Source: a virus. From it: 13,638 nt of DNA. The stretch spans positions 1 to 13,638 of the IMG/VR virus record IMGVR_UViG_3300045988_080637; one strand, written 5' to 3'. Every line of letters begins with the position of its first letter. The stretch's first letter is position 1. A program made the translations under genes and the position numbers. Positions 13,371-13,638 of this stretch are shown here, one piece after another. Under the pieces are notes generated by a model. It was not told the origin of the DNA, made no database searches, and saw only the letters and a list, made by a program, of their open reading frames with translations.

Positions 13371-13569
13371 TCAGCACACCCTCCATTCGTTCAGCCCTGA
13401 GTCGCTCAACAAACATGTCATAAAGCAGAACTTTTACTTCCGCCTGTGTTAGCTTGTCGGTCTTGTAATCATAAAGAACTGCACTAATGATGGCCTCAAT
13501 TTGAACAAGCGGAATGTGGCTATATGCCTTTTGCAACCGTTCACACCATACTTCCATTCTCTCCGACAT
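13363..13569 (-). CDS. Hypothetical early protein, 68 aa, first gene inside the right ITR
   Basis: GGGAG lies 5 nt before ATG 13569, immediately internal to the ITR boundary. Predicted helical. No motif recognised. Confidence 0.65.
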   Translation of the reverse strand: MSERMEVWCERLQKAYSHIPLVQIEAIISAVLYDYKTDKLTQAEVKVLLYDMFVERLRAERMEGVLND

Positions 13570-13579
13570 TTCTTCTCCC

Positions 13580-13638
13580 TTCTGGTTTGTGAGGTTTTCC
13601 TTCCTCTCTACAAGTATATAATAGCACTTTCAGGGGCT
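13580..13638. repeat. Right inverted terminal repeat (59 bp, perfect)
   Basis: Reverse complement of nt 1-59. ITRs together with a protein-primed PolB are the hallmark of terminal-protein-capped linear genomes. Confidence 0.95.
13618..13626 (-). promoter_or_regulatory. Putative extended -10 promoter inside the right ITR, reading inward
   Basis: Mirror copy of 13-21. Only 69 nt separate ATG 13569 from the genome end, so the right-arm operon promoter must lie in the ITR. Confidence 0.3.

Noticed and set aside
1-13638. ITRs as transposon or IS terminal inverted repeats, or as an assembly artefact
   Set aside because: No transposase or integrase is present. The presence of a protein-primed PolB, a TP candidate and a full virion module explains the ITRs as replication origins. 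The artefact possibility cannot be excluded without reads and is listed as a refutation test.

Overview
The window reads as a complete linear replicon. Nt 1-59 are the exact reverse complement of nt 13580-13638 (59-bp ITR, checked base by base). Between the ITRs lies a very compact (13.6 kb) phi29-like, protein-primed podophage genome.

Left arm (+ strand):
- a small unknown early ORF, an unannotated 18-aa hydrophobic micro-ORF, and a ribbon-helix-helix regulator
- a candidate terminal protein
- a protein-primed family-B DNA polymerase (Exo I/II/III, KxxxNSLYG, YADTDS and KxY motifs all visible)
- a 116-aa gene bracketed by its own near-consensus promoter and an intrinsic terminator

Late region (+ strand):
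- phi29 gp16-like packaging ATPase
- a self-contained cassette of consensus promoter, about 80 nt of three-way-junction RNA, and a U-tract
- small one-TM holin candidate and NlpC/P60 endolysin
- scaffold candidate with an (AQ/AP)n hexanucleotide repeat, then gp8-like major capsid protein
- a 17-bp terminator-like helix
- tail lysozyme, gp9-like tail knob, gp10-like portal and a collar candidate
- a fibre with two duplicated lectin-like modules
- a bidirectional terminator

Right arm (- strand): five small, translationally coupled ORFs of unknown function, read inward from the right ITR.

All three stop codons are used as stops, and strong GGAGG-type SDs suggest a Firmicutes-type host (inference).

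The most interesting item is the promoter-RNA-terminator cassette at 4759-4876. It could be a pRNA-like packaging RNA or a lambda PR'/tR'-style late-gene switch. All homology calls come from by-eye comparison with remembered phi29 protein sequences and family motifs; no database search was possible.
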